From NCBI GenBank assembly GCA_002402455.1, contig DHFX01000007.1, positions 1-33,078 of the forward strand: a DNA stretch of 33,078 bases, written 5' to 3'. Within the stretch, counting starts at the first letter, position 1; each line of letters starts with the position of its first letter. The translations under genes were made by a program, and so were the position numbers. The notes beneath the pieces were generated by a model that did no database searches, was not told where the DNA came from, and was given only the letters and a program-made list of their open reading frames with translations. Positions 19,253-27,722 of the stretch are shown one piece after another. Source of the stretch: Candidatus Dojkabacteria bacterium UBA4813. GTDB lineage: Bacteria > Patescibacteriota > Dojkabacteria > SC72.

Positions 19253-22200
19253 ATGAGAAGATTTCTCAAACATTTTCCTTTCAATAGACTATTTGTTAGT
19301 TTATTTGTTCTTCTATATACCTTTGTTCCTTCTGCACAGGCTATTGGTGTGGTTATGGAGGATGTTTCTGGCAATATAGATACTAGTGAAGATATATTGG
19401 ATGAGGGTATATCAGATCCTGCTGAGATAGCAAATCCCAATATTTTAGAGGAGGAGGTTATACCGGAGGTTGTAGAAGAGCCTCTTTTCACATATGAGGA
19501 TGGGGTATATACAGTACCTAAGGTAGTTGTTAATGAGGAGTATGTGTATCCGGATAATGCAAATGTAAAGGTAAAGTTTACTAATATAACTGAAGAGGGT
19601 AATTTAGTAATTAGTAAGGTTTTACTAACTCAAGAAGAGAAGGAATTATTAAATACTTCAGATGATTATGGTTGGGATATTAGATCTAGTATGAGTAATG
19701 GATCATTTGTATATGATCTTACATTACCTAATACTACAGAGAGTAAGGATGTAGAGGTTAAGTATAGTGAGGATGGTAATACATATGAGAGTATAGATAA
19801 TAACCTAATAGTTAATGAAAATGTAATAGAAATAAAAGGGTTAGAGCATTTTACGGTGTTTGTGGTGGCTTTTGGGGTTACAGATGGTAGCACTTGTACA
19901 ATAGGTTCGAATACAGGAACTTGCTATGACACAATACAAGAAGCTATTAACGCTGCTAAGTTAAATGGTGATTCGGAATGGGATGTTATTAATATTCAAA
20001 ATGGTACATACAATGAATGCTTGGATATTTCCGGAAAGAAAATAAAATTGATAGGAGAATCGAGAAGTGGTGTTGTTATTAATAACACTGCATGTACATC
20101 ATACGGAATTCATGTTCATGAAGCAGATCAGATTATATTCAAAAATATGACAGTTATGGGTGCATCTAGTTCCTATACTTTCAAGATTGCTGGTAGTACA
20201 AATATTGAATTAAGAAAAATTCTTGTTAAGGATAGTAAAAGAACGGCAATAGATCTAAATGGTGTAAATGGTGCTATTTTAAATAATATCGTAGCCCAAA
20301 ATACTACCGAAGGATTTGGGTTAATGATAAAAGATTCTAATGATATTAAAGTTGGAACTGTTACAACTGCTAATAATGCTTGGGGTGGTGTATCGGTACA
20401 AACGGAAGGAATATCTTATGCCGGAGGTGTTAATAATGTTTCTTTCTCGGAAGATTTTAATGCTTCAGAAATAGTATCACTTCTTTTAGAAAAAGATCCA
20501 TCGGCATATCCTGACATTACAAATGTCACGATACCAACTAAATTTAGTCATATTGTTTATACATTAAGAAGTGATGGGAATAAACAATGGTTCTATCAGG
20601 AGAGTTTAGAGAATGCAAAACTGTTTGCAAATGGTTTAGTAGGCTTAACAACTCCATATACCTATTCAGACATTCTTATATATGATATTCTAGAAGAAAA
20701 ATATTGGGTTATTCCTGGGATGTCAATACAGGAGGCAATAGATGCTGCAACTTCTGGAGACATCATTAATGTAGCAGAAGGAACATACCAAGAACAAGTA
20801 ATAATCAATGAAAGTTTGACGCTTCAAGGTATTGATAATCCCACGATCAAAGCACCTGCTTCACCAGCTACTCTTACTTTCCCAGAAAGCCCTAACAATT
20901 GGGAGCCAGTTGTTTTTGCTTTCGGTGGAACCGCTGATACTGGACATAATATAACCGGTACGGGAACGATACAGGTTACTATCACTGGTTTTATAGTTGA
21001 TGGTAATGACCGAGTTCCAAATCAACGTTCAGCAGGAATTCTTCTTCGAAATGCTAATGGAACCATCTCTAGGAACACCGTCCAAAATATGCATATTGAT
21101 GGGAAAGAAACTTTTGGCATTCAAGTATATGGTGATTCCGATATTACCATAACAGAAAATAATGTTAGTGGATATGCTAGGGGTGGGATAGGAGCAAGTG
21201 GCGACTCGAATGGGACAAATCCATCTGTTTATCCTACTCCTCGTGCTGTAATCACAAACAACACAATAACTGGACCTGGTATGGGAGTACCTGTGACTTG
21301 GGCACCAAACGGTATCCAGATTGGCTGGGGAGCAACTGGTGAGATTACTAGTAATACCGTAAGTGGTAATGGTTGGCCAGGTACAGACTGGACGGGAAGC
21401 GGTATTCTGGTTGCCATGTCAGACAATGTCGAAATTGACAACAACATAGTTGAAGATAACGAGACTGGTATTGCAGTTGCTGGTTATATGTGGGATTCCA
21501 ACGGACTCACTGCTACTGGCACCCTGATACACAACAATACGGTTGATGGAAATACTTATGGTATTTCAATTCAGGACAAATCAGTTAACACTACAATAGA
21601 GAAGAACACCATTACTAATAGTACTTACGATGGAATTGATATCTGCAATTTCTATGGTAATCCTCCAACTGGAACAGTCATTAAATCTAACACAATTACT
21701 GGAAACAATACTGCAGAAGATGAAGATTCAGGTGGTATATGGATTGATAATGGTGTGGATGGTAATGAAGTTAGTATTAATCTAAATAACATTACTAGTA
21801 ATAATCAATCCGGTATCCTTAATACTAGCATAGTAAATATTGTAGATGCTACCAAAAACTGGTGGGGAGATGCTACTGGACCGAAAGACACCGTATCTGG
21901 CGATAATAGTGTTTTGGACACAAATCCGGGTGGAATAGGGTCAGCAGTTATTGGCGCTGTTAAATATTCTCCATGGTATAAAAACGAGAGTATGACAGCC
22001 TTGAGTAGTGATCTACCATCTACCCCAACAGGATTAACTGCAAAGTTTCAATATGACAGTCAATACTTACTTAACGGGAGCACAATCAATAAAACCGCAA
22101 AACCAAACGGTAATAATCTTGAACTATTGTGGCAACCTAATCCTATTGATCTAGTAACAGGGTATCGTATTTTGGGAACTTTCCCTGATGGAACAACGAA

Positions 22201-25200
22201 ATTAAGTTATCAAGGTCCTAATACGAATGCATGGTTAAAAAAATATAACGGATTCGGAGCATACGGCAATGGTAAATACTCATACCAAGTAATAGCAAAA
22301 AATGTTAATGGAATTTCGGACCCTTCAGAACCTTTTGTAATCTATTATGATACTCACAGTCCAACAGCAAAACTAACTTCGGCACCCGCTGATAATTCAT
22401 ATGTGTCAGGTGATTTTAATGTAACAGGAATTGCAGATGATAATGTAGCTTTAAGGTCTGTATTCTTTGATGTAAGAACACAAAATGGGGGAACTTGGAA
22501 ATCTGGTTGCAAATCTGGAACAACAGTACTGACATACAGTGATGATCATAAACATGCAGATATTTCATGTACTATAGATACTAGAAACTTGGTGAATGGT
22601 ACAACATATATGCTTCGTATTCATGCAGGCGATAATGCCGGATATGGGAATGTTAACTCAGAAGCAATTAGATATTTTACAATGGATACAGTAGAGCCAA
22701 CAGTATCCTTTGAAGGTCTTAGACACTATGATTACAGATATCCATCAGTTCCTGTAGATACAACAAATATAAATACAAGTGATAATACGCCAATAGTGCT
22801 AATATCAGCCTCTGATTCATTATCAGGAATGAAATCTGTTACTGTAAATGAACAAACTGCAGTATACGATGGTAGTACATATTGGATAGTAGAATTGGCA
22901 GCACTTGGAGATGGAACAAATACCTTAGAAATAGTGGGGACAGACAATGCAGGGAATACTGAAACGGTATCTCGAGACATATTCATAGATACCAACCCAC
23001 CAACAGCTATATATACACACTATAACAATGGAATTGTCGTAGACGAAACAGCTAATCCGATTACTTATGTCAAAAGAATTGACCAACTTTCTTTTACAGC
23101 TCAATATACAGATACCACTCCCTCTTCTGGACTATACCAAGACTCATTTGTAATCTTTGAAGCACAAGATGATGGTTCATTTAAATTTAGTACTGATGGC
23201 AAAAAAGCATTCTGTACTTGGAGAAAGAGTCCAAATTTAATAAATATCCCAAGTAGTAGTACATATAATCTTACTGAAAAAATCAGTTTTACTAAATGTG
23301 TAGATTCTCTTCAGGATGGTGAATACTATATGACACATCAAGTATATGACAATGCTACAAGATGGAATATACCTATAATAAATCAATATAGAGATGTGTT
23401 AGGATTACATTTTGTAGTAGATAAAACAAAACCTACTGTAGAGATTACTAATGTTAATATAACTGACAAGAACCTAAGCTTCACAGTATCAGGGACTGAC
23501 AATCTATCAGGTGCCAGAACCGTGGGTATCAACATTTACAATGAAAATAATACAGGCTCTCCTGTTATTGCAATTGGAAGATTAGCTCATGACATTACAC
23601 CTGGGACACTTAATGTTAACTATGACTCTCCAGTCATCGATATATCAGAACTTGAAAGTGGAACATATACTATCCGAGCATCAATTAGAGACTATGCCAG
23701 CAATATAAAATACGCAACATACTATATTGAAGTTGATAACACGTCTCCCACAACACCAACAGCCACACTCACAGCTAACGGTATTCCTGTCCTAACAAAC
23801 GGTTATACTAGCTCTGAGACATTTACATTCAACTTGTCATCCTCTGAAGACACTAATCGCTATCAATTAAAATATTGGAATAATATCCCAGGATCACCAT
23901 TTAAAGAAAATTCTCCGTGGAGTCCTACTAACATTGCAGGATATATGAATCCCTTCGGATCATACAACGACAAATTTACCCAAGGAGAAGGAAAACACTA
24001 TTTCTCATTTAGTGCCTGTGATGCAGCCGGCAATTGCTCAGCATTTACAGATCCTTATAGCGTAACTTATGATAAAACACCACCAACAGGTTCAATAGAT
24101 TCCATATACTATCCATTGAAAGATATGTATGTTTCTCACTTTATAACAAATGATAACACACCTATAATCTATGGAACCGCATATGACAATAATGGAACTT
24201 ATTCGACAACTGTAAAGATCGGAACCTATGACAGCACATCTGGAGGTGGAGGTGGCGGTTTTTGGTCAGTAGGAGGGTTCCCAAATATTCCAGATGGAAC
24301 TTATCCAATTGTATTAACTATAACAGACCTTGCGGGTAATGAAACCACTGTCGAGAGAGAAATTACAATAGACACTATGGCTCCTACAGCTCTACACAGA
24401 TATTTCAAGAATGGTGTTGAGATAACTGATTCAATCGCATATGTAAAAGGAACAAGCGAACTAACATTCCTTGCAGAATACTTTGATGAAGGTTCTGGTA
24501 TCTACCAAGATTCCTATGTAATCTTTGATTCTAACGATGATGGAACTGCTAGAACTTCTAAAGCATACTGTGGATGGAGAAACTCTGAGAACACACTATC
24601 AATAACAGAAAACCCTCTAACAGCCCCTGTACCCTTCACTAATTGCAGTACTACTTTACTAGATGGAGAATACTTTATGTACCATCAAGTCTACGACAAT
24701 GCTACTAGACAAGATAAACCAGAAATAAATCAGTTTAGAGATTACAAAGGATTGCACTTTATAGTAGACAGTTTGGTCCCTACCTCCATAATAACCACAC
24801 CTTCCTCTGGCTACATAACAAATGAAGAACCAGAAATAATTGGTTATACAGAAGATATATATTCTGTAGATAAAGTAGTTCTATCTTATACAAACTATGA
24901 TACAGCCACATCACAGTGTGGAACAGAATGGATAGAACTTACTACAATAGATAACCCGGATAAAGAAACGGATATTGATCCATTTGACTGGTCATACAAC
25001 GAATGGAACTTAGAAGACGGTATCTACTGTATAAAAGCCCAGGCAACAGATCTTGCAGGAAATGAGGAACAGACAGCTGTAGTAGAAAACGTAACCTACG
25101 ACACTACTCCTCCTGAAAAAGTAATTATCACAGCAGATCAAATGTTAGGAATACTAAAGGATGTAACTGCTAGTGATTCACTTTCCGGAGTACAAAAAAT

Positions 25201-25729
25201 AGAAATAAGTGCAGACAACATTAAATGGGTAGAATATATCCTAGGTACAGATGTAGACCTCAATGACCTAGTAGGTAACCAACCCGGAACACACACAATA
25301 TACATAAGAGTTACAGATAACGCAGGAAATACAAAAACAGAAACTGTTATATTCACAATCCCCTCGCCTGCTCCTACCACTACAGAAACAGGAGAAGATG
25401 TATTAGGATTAGCGACTGAAGATAAAGATGAATCTTCCTCAAAATTAACCCCTGTTCAAGCACTTGGTACAGGTGGCTACCTACCTCTTTCTCAAACAGA
25501 TCTGCTAGATACAGAGGAACAACAAACTCCTGAGGAGGAAACAATAACAGAAGATACTACTGCTGTTAAAGGTGAAGAAGATAATAATGGAGAACCTATT
25601 AATCAAGAACAAACCCCAGAGGAAAAACCAACTAAATGGTGGATATATCCATTAGTAATACTCCCTCTATTAGCTATCTTCCTAATTCTTTGGAAAAGAA
25701 GAAAAGAAGATAACCAACCACAACTCTAA
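19253..25729 (+). CDS. giant surface protein/adhesin: parallel beta-helix repeats, FN3-like and bacterial Ig-like domains, C-terminal membrane anchor
   Basis: Signal peptide (SAQA); two TIQEAINAA/SIQEAIDAA-initiated beta-helix regions; NWWG cap; repeated D.AGN...DT..P Ig-like modules; acidic linker, TM, WKRRK. Confidence 0.9.
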   Translation: MRRFLKHFPFNRLFVSLFVLLYTFVPSAQAIGVVMEDVSGNIDTSEDILDEGISDPAEIANPNILEEEVIPEVVEEPLFTYEDGVYTVPKVVVNEEYVYPDNANVKVKFTNITEEGNLVISKVLLTQEEKELLNTSDDYGWDIRSSMSNGSFVYDLTLPNTTESKDVEVKYSEDGNTYESIDNNLIVNENVIEIKGLEHFTVFVVAFGVTDGSTCTIGSNTGTCYDTIQEAINAAKLNGDSEWDVINIQNGTYNECLDISGKKIKLIGESRSGVVINNTACTSYGIHVHEADQIIFKNMTVMGASSSYTFKIAGSTNIELRKILVKDSKRTAIDLNGVNGAILNNIVAQNTTEGFGLMIKDSNDIKVGTVTTANNAWGGVSVQTEGISYAGGVNNVSFSEDFNASEIVSLLLEKDPSAYPDITNVTIPTKFSHIVYTLRSDGNKQWFYQESLENAKLFANGLVGLTTPYTYSDILIYDILEEKYWVIPGMSIQEAIDAATSGDIINVAEGTYQEQVIINESLTLQGIDNPTIKAPASPATLTFPESPNNWEPVVFAFGGTADTGHNITGTGTIQVTITGFIVDGNDRVPNQRSAGILLRNANGTISRNTVQNMHIDGKETFGIQVYGDSDITITENNVSGYARGGIGASGDSNGTNPSVYPTPRAVITNNTITGPGMGVPVTWAPNGIQIGWGATGEITSNTVSGNGWPGTDWTGSGILVAMSDNVEIDNNIVEDNETGIAVAGYMWDSNGLTATGTLIHNNTVDGNTYGISIQDKSVNTTIEKNTITNSTYDGIDICNFYGNPPTGTVIKSNTITGNNTAEDEDSGGIWIDNGVDGNEVSINLNNITSNNQSGILNTSIVNIVDATKNWWGDATGPKDTVSGDNSVLDTNPGGIGSAVIGAVKYSPWYKNESMTALSSDLPSTPTGLTAKFQYDSQYLLNGSTINKTAKPNGNNLELLWQPNPIDLVTGYRILGTFPDGTTKLSYQGPNTNAWLKKYNGFGAYGNGKYSYQVIAKNVNGISDPSEPFVIYYDTHSPTAKLTSAPADNSYVSGDFNVTGIADDNVALRSVFFDVRTQNGGTWKSGCKSGTTVLTYSDDHKHADISCTIDTRNLVNGTTYMLRIHAGDNAGYGNVNSEAIRYFTMDTVEPTVSFEGLRHYDYRYPSVPVDTTNINTSDNTPIVLISASDSLSGMKSVTVNEQTAVYDGSTYWIVELAALGDGTNTLEIVGTDNAGNTETVSRDIFIDTNPPTAIYTHYNNGIVVDETANPITYVKRIDQLSFTAQYTDTTPSSGLYQDSFVIFEAQDDGSFKFSTDGKKAFCTWRKSPNLINIPSSSTYNLTEKISFTKCVDSLQDGEYYMTHQVYDNATRWNIPIINQYRDVLGLHFVVDKTKPTVEITNVNITDKNLSFTVSGTDNLSGARTVGINIYNENNTGSPVIAIGRLAHDITPGTLNVNYDSPVIDISELESGTYTIRASIRDYASNIKYATYYIEVDNTSPTTPTATLTANGIPVLTNGYTSSETFTFNLSSSEDTNRYQLKYWNNIPGSPFKENSPWSPTNIAGYMNPFGSYNDKFTQGEGKHYFSFSACDAAGNCSAFTDPYSVTYDKTPPTGSIDSIYYPLKDMYVSHFITNDNTPIIYGTAYDNNGTYSTTVKIGTYDSTSGGGGGGFWSVGGFPNIPDGTYPIVLTITDLAGNETTVEREITIDTMAPTALHRYFKNGVEITDSIAYVKGTSELTFLAEYFDEGSGIYQDSYVIFDSNDDGTARTSKAYCGWRNSENTLSITENPLTAPVPFTNCSTTLLDGEYFMYHQVYDNATRQDKPEINQFRDYKGLHFIVDSLVPTSIITTPSSGYITNEEPEIIGYTEDIYSVDKVVLSYTNYDTATSQCGTEWIELTTIDNPDKETDIDPFDWSYNEWNLEDGIYCIKAQATDLAGNEEQTAVVENVTYDTTPPEKVIITADQMLGILKDVTASDSLSGVQKIEISADNIKWVEYILGTDVDLNDLVGNQPGTHTIYIRVTDNAGNTKTETVIFTIPSPAPTTTETGEDVLGLATEDKDESSSKLTPVQALGTGGYLPLSQTDLLDTEEQQTPEEETITEDTTAVKGEEDNNGEPINQEQTPEEKPTKWWIYPLVILPLLAIFLILWKRRKEDNQPQL

Positions 25730-25750
25730 TATTATCTAAAAACTACCTAG

Positions 25751-25783
25751 AAGAGACAGGGTTAACACCCTGTCTCTTTCTTT
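25751..25783 (+). terminator. rho-independent terminator
   Basis: AAGAGACAGGGT-taac-ACCCTGTCTCTT 12-bp stem followed by TCTTT, 21 nt after the stop. Confidence 0.8.
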
Positions 25784-25816
25784 ATCCCGCTAACTTATAG
25801 AACTTACTCTATAGGT

Positions 25817-25936
25817 TTGTTTTTTATCTCAATTATTATATAATAACCCCGTTTAAACCTTGTTTAACAAGGAAAACGATCTTTAAAAAATGCAAGGTTC
25901 TTTGGCTTATTAACTTACTATCCTTACCTATGGAGG
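25817..25936 (+). promoter_or_regulatory. promoter, boxA-like motif and structured leader of the 25943 gene
   Basis: TATAAT 25839-25844 (weak -35 TTGTTT), CCTTGT/ACAAGG hairpin, GATCTTTAAAAA 25878-25889, leader arm 25890-25911, SD GGAGGT. Confidence 0.55.
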
Positions 25937-25942
25937 TGCACA

Positions 25943-26419
25943 ATGAAAAAAAACTTCTTTAAGAACACCGTCTCAAGAAGCAAAAGCTTCTTTGAGAAAA
26001 TTCAGAACAAAATTAAAAACTTTGTTTCCAAGCACGAACTCCTATTCGAGACCCTACTTGAGTTGTTTCTAGGATTACTTTACGTGGCTTGGGCCATATT
26101 TATGTTGTACCAATTCTCCGAAATTTTACTTTCGGGAATAGAGAAGAATTCTGCTATCCGCGTTGCCTTTGCAATTGCTGCATACATCTTCATCGCTTGG
26201 TACACATACTGGATCACCTTTGCTCGCAGGCACGACGACGATTTCCGTCAGATAAAAAGAGACCTCTGGAGCATTCAGACCAGACAGTCATCTCTCTCTG
26301 TCGACAGCACCCTCTCAAGATCAGAGTTTAGAATTTCAATGCTTGAACAAAAGTATGAAATTGCAGAAAAGCTCAGAGAAATTGAGAGAAAAATCGACAA
26401 GCTCCTAGAGCAGAAATAA
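25943..26419 (+). CDS. orphan 2-TM membrane protein with C-terminal coiled coil
   Basis: SD GGAGGT; two hydrophobic helices; ends EIAEKLREIERKIDKLLEQK. Confidence 0.8.
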   Translation: MKKNFFKNTVSRSKSFFEKIQNKIKNFVSKHELLFETLLELFLGLLYVAWAIFMLYQFSEILLSGIEKNSAIRVAFAIAAYIFIAWYTYWITFARRHDDDFRQIKRDLWSIQTRQSSLSVDSTLSRSEFRISMLEQKYEIAEKLREIERKIDKLLEQK

Positions 26420-26490
26420 ATAAAGCCACAAAAGAACCCTGCATAATTCTCACTAGCTAAAGTGTTTTAGCAAACATTGGCTTGGAGAAG

Positions 26491-26607
26491 AAAAGTTAGG
26501 GGAGAAATTGGTAGAAATAACTACAATATAACATAAGCAATCTCTCCTCTAACTAGTAAGTCATTTGTTACAAATCTGATGAGCTTCTGAAACGAAGCGA
26601 AACTTAC
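26491..26607 (+). repeat. direct repeat copy 1 (structured hairpin plus hammerhead)
   Basis: Matches 26978-27096; last 70 nt (26538-26607 vs 27027-27096) identical except C26593/T27082. Confidence 0.95.
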
Positions 26608-26608
26608 T
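26555..26608 (+). ncRNA. type III hammerhead ribozyme (copy 1), predicted cleavage after C26562
   Basis: Stem III AGTAAGT/ACTTACT, GUC site, stem I ATTTG-tta-CAAAT, core CTGATGA (26576-26582), stem II GCTTC-tgaaac-GAAGC, GAAA. Confidence 0.93.
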
Positions 26609-26637
26609 TCCCATTATTTATTAAAATACATGACCGA

Positions 26638-26700
26638 TAGACTATAGGTCTATATTTTGGTATAATACATATGTTCTTTTAAAACCCTATTTTAAGGAGG
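26638..26700 (+). promoter_or_regulatory. sigma70 promoter, boxA-like motif and SD of the 26706 gene
   Basis: TAGACT (26638-26643), 17 nt, TATAAT (26661-26666) with TG extended -10; TGTTCTTTTAAAA (26672-26684); AAGGAGG. Confidence 0.7.
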
Positions 26701-26705
26701 ATTAA

Positions 26706-26969
26706 ATGCTTAGGAAACTATTTTCCGAACGGCGCGAATATGTTTGTTTCGCCTTCTTTTATATTTCTTTGTTTTCAGGAATAGATCTTCTAGTGTCAAA
26801 CTGCCAAGTCGCATTTTTCTGGGAGATCGTAATATTCCTCATCTCGAACCTGATATTGTTCCTGTTCGGATTTGCAATCCTCTCCAATCTCTATGAGATT
26901 GAAGAAAAAATAAATGCGCTTGAAGAAGAATTAGAAAGAAAGGAGGAAAAAGAACAACAAGACTCTTAA
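26706..26969 (+). CDS. orphan small 2-TM membrane protein with C-terminal acidic coiled coil
   Basis: Perfect SD AAGGAGG; two hydrophobic helices; ends EIEEKINALEEELERKEEKEQQDS. Confidence 0.8.
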   Translation: MLRKLFSERREYVCFAFFYISLFSGIDLLVSNCQVAFFWEIVIFLISNLILFLFGFAILSNLYEIEEKINALEEELERKEEKEQQDS

Positions 26970-26977
26970 ATGAGTCA

Positions 26978-27096
26978 AAAAGTTAGGGAAGAGATTGGTA
27001 CAAATATGTACAATATATAACAAAAACAATCTCTCCTCTAACTAGTAAGTCATTTGTTACAAATCTGATGAGCTTCTGAAATGAAGCGAAACTTAC
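26978..27096 (+). repeat. direct repeat copy 2 (structured hairpin plus hammerhead)
   Basis: Matches 26491-26607. Confidence 0.95.
27045..27096 (+). ncRNA. type III hammerhead ribozyme (copy 2), predicted cleavage after C27051
   Basis: Stem III GTAAGT/ACTTAC, GUC site, stem I ATTTG-tta-CAAAT, CTGATGA (27065-27071), stem II GCTTC-tgaaat-GAAGC, GAAA. Confidence 0.93.
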
Positions 27097-27137
27097 ATAC
27101 CACTTTCCATCCACAAACTTTTCCGTTACAATAAACA

Positions 27138-27710
27138 ATGCCCAAAACAAAAATAGCAAGAATAATATCCGAAATATCCAATGGCTTCCTAACCATGATA
27201 CTAACCCCAACCATTGCTGTATTCATATCCCCCATACAAACTACCCAAAAACTTCTTTTATTTTTCCTCTACCTACTCTCCTCCATACTCCCCTACTTTG
27301 TACTTAAAAAATTAGGAAAGATAACAGATTACGAATTCACAGACAGAAAAGAAAGACCACCTTACTTTACTACAATAACCATACTATTTGGAATAATATT
27401 CCTCTTTGTACTAACCCTAGATGCAGAAATTTTAACCAACGTAGCCATGAACCTCTTTGTTGTTACCGGAATTCTTACAGCTGTAACATTCTTCTGGAAA
27501 ATGTCAGGACATATGACATTTTCTACAACACTCTTTGCTACACTACTCTATCTGTTTCCTAATACTCCTGCATTAATGTTTCTCTTTCTACTTTCCCCAC
27601 TAATTGGTTGGTCAAGAATAGTACTTAATAAACACACACTAACACAAGTAATAGTGGGAACCCTTATTCCCTTAACTATTTCCATTCTCATTTATTGGCC
27701 TTTTTGGTAG
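27138..27710 (+). CDS. PAP2-superfamily membrane phosphatase-like protein
   Basis: Multi-TM; KMSGH and WSRIVLNKHT..QV..G motifs. Confidence 0.8.
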   Translation: MPKTKIARIISEISNGFLTMILTPTIAVFISPIQTTQKLLLFFLYLLSSILPYFVLKKLGKITDYEFTDRKERPPYFTTITILFGIIFLFVLTLDAEILTNVAMNLFVVTGILTAVTFFWKMSGHMTFSTTLFATLLYLFPNTPALMFLFLLSPLIGWSRIVLNKHTLTQVIVGTLIPLTISILIYWPFW

Positions 27711-27722
27711 AATAGTCAAATA

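Noticed and set aside
26680-26990. Leader/trailer helix around the 26706 gene (CCCTATTTT vs AAAAAGTTAGGG)
   Set aside because: Short and interrupted; both arms have better local partners (TTAAAA/TTTTAA and the 17-bp trailer stem)
26491-27096. Direct repeats as CRISPR array or integron attC sites
   Set aside because: Only two ~117-nt copies separated by a gene, no cas or integrase in the window; hammerhead fold explains the conservation
26983-27235. Minus-strand ORFs 26983..27210 and 27050..27235 over hammerhead 2
   Set aside because: Antisense to the PAP2 gene and the RNA module, no RBS; better explained as shadows
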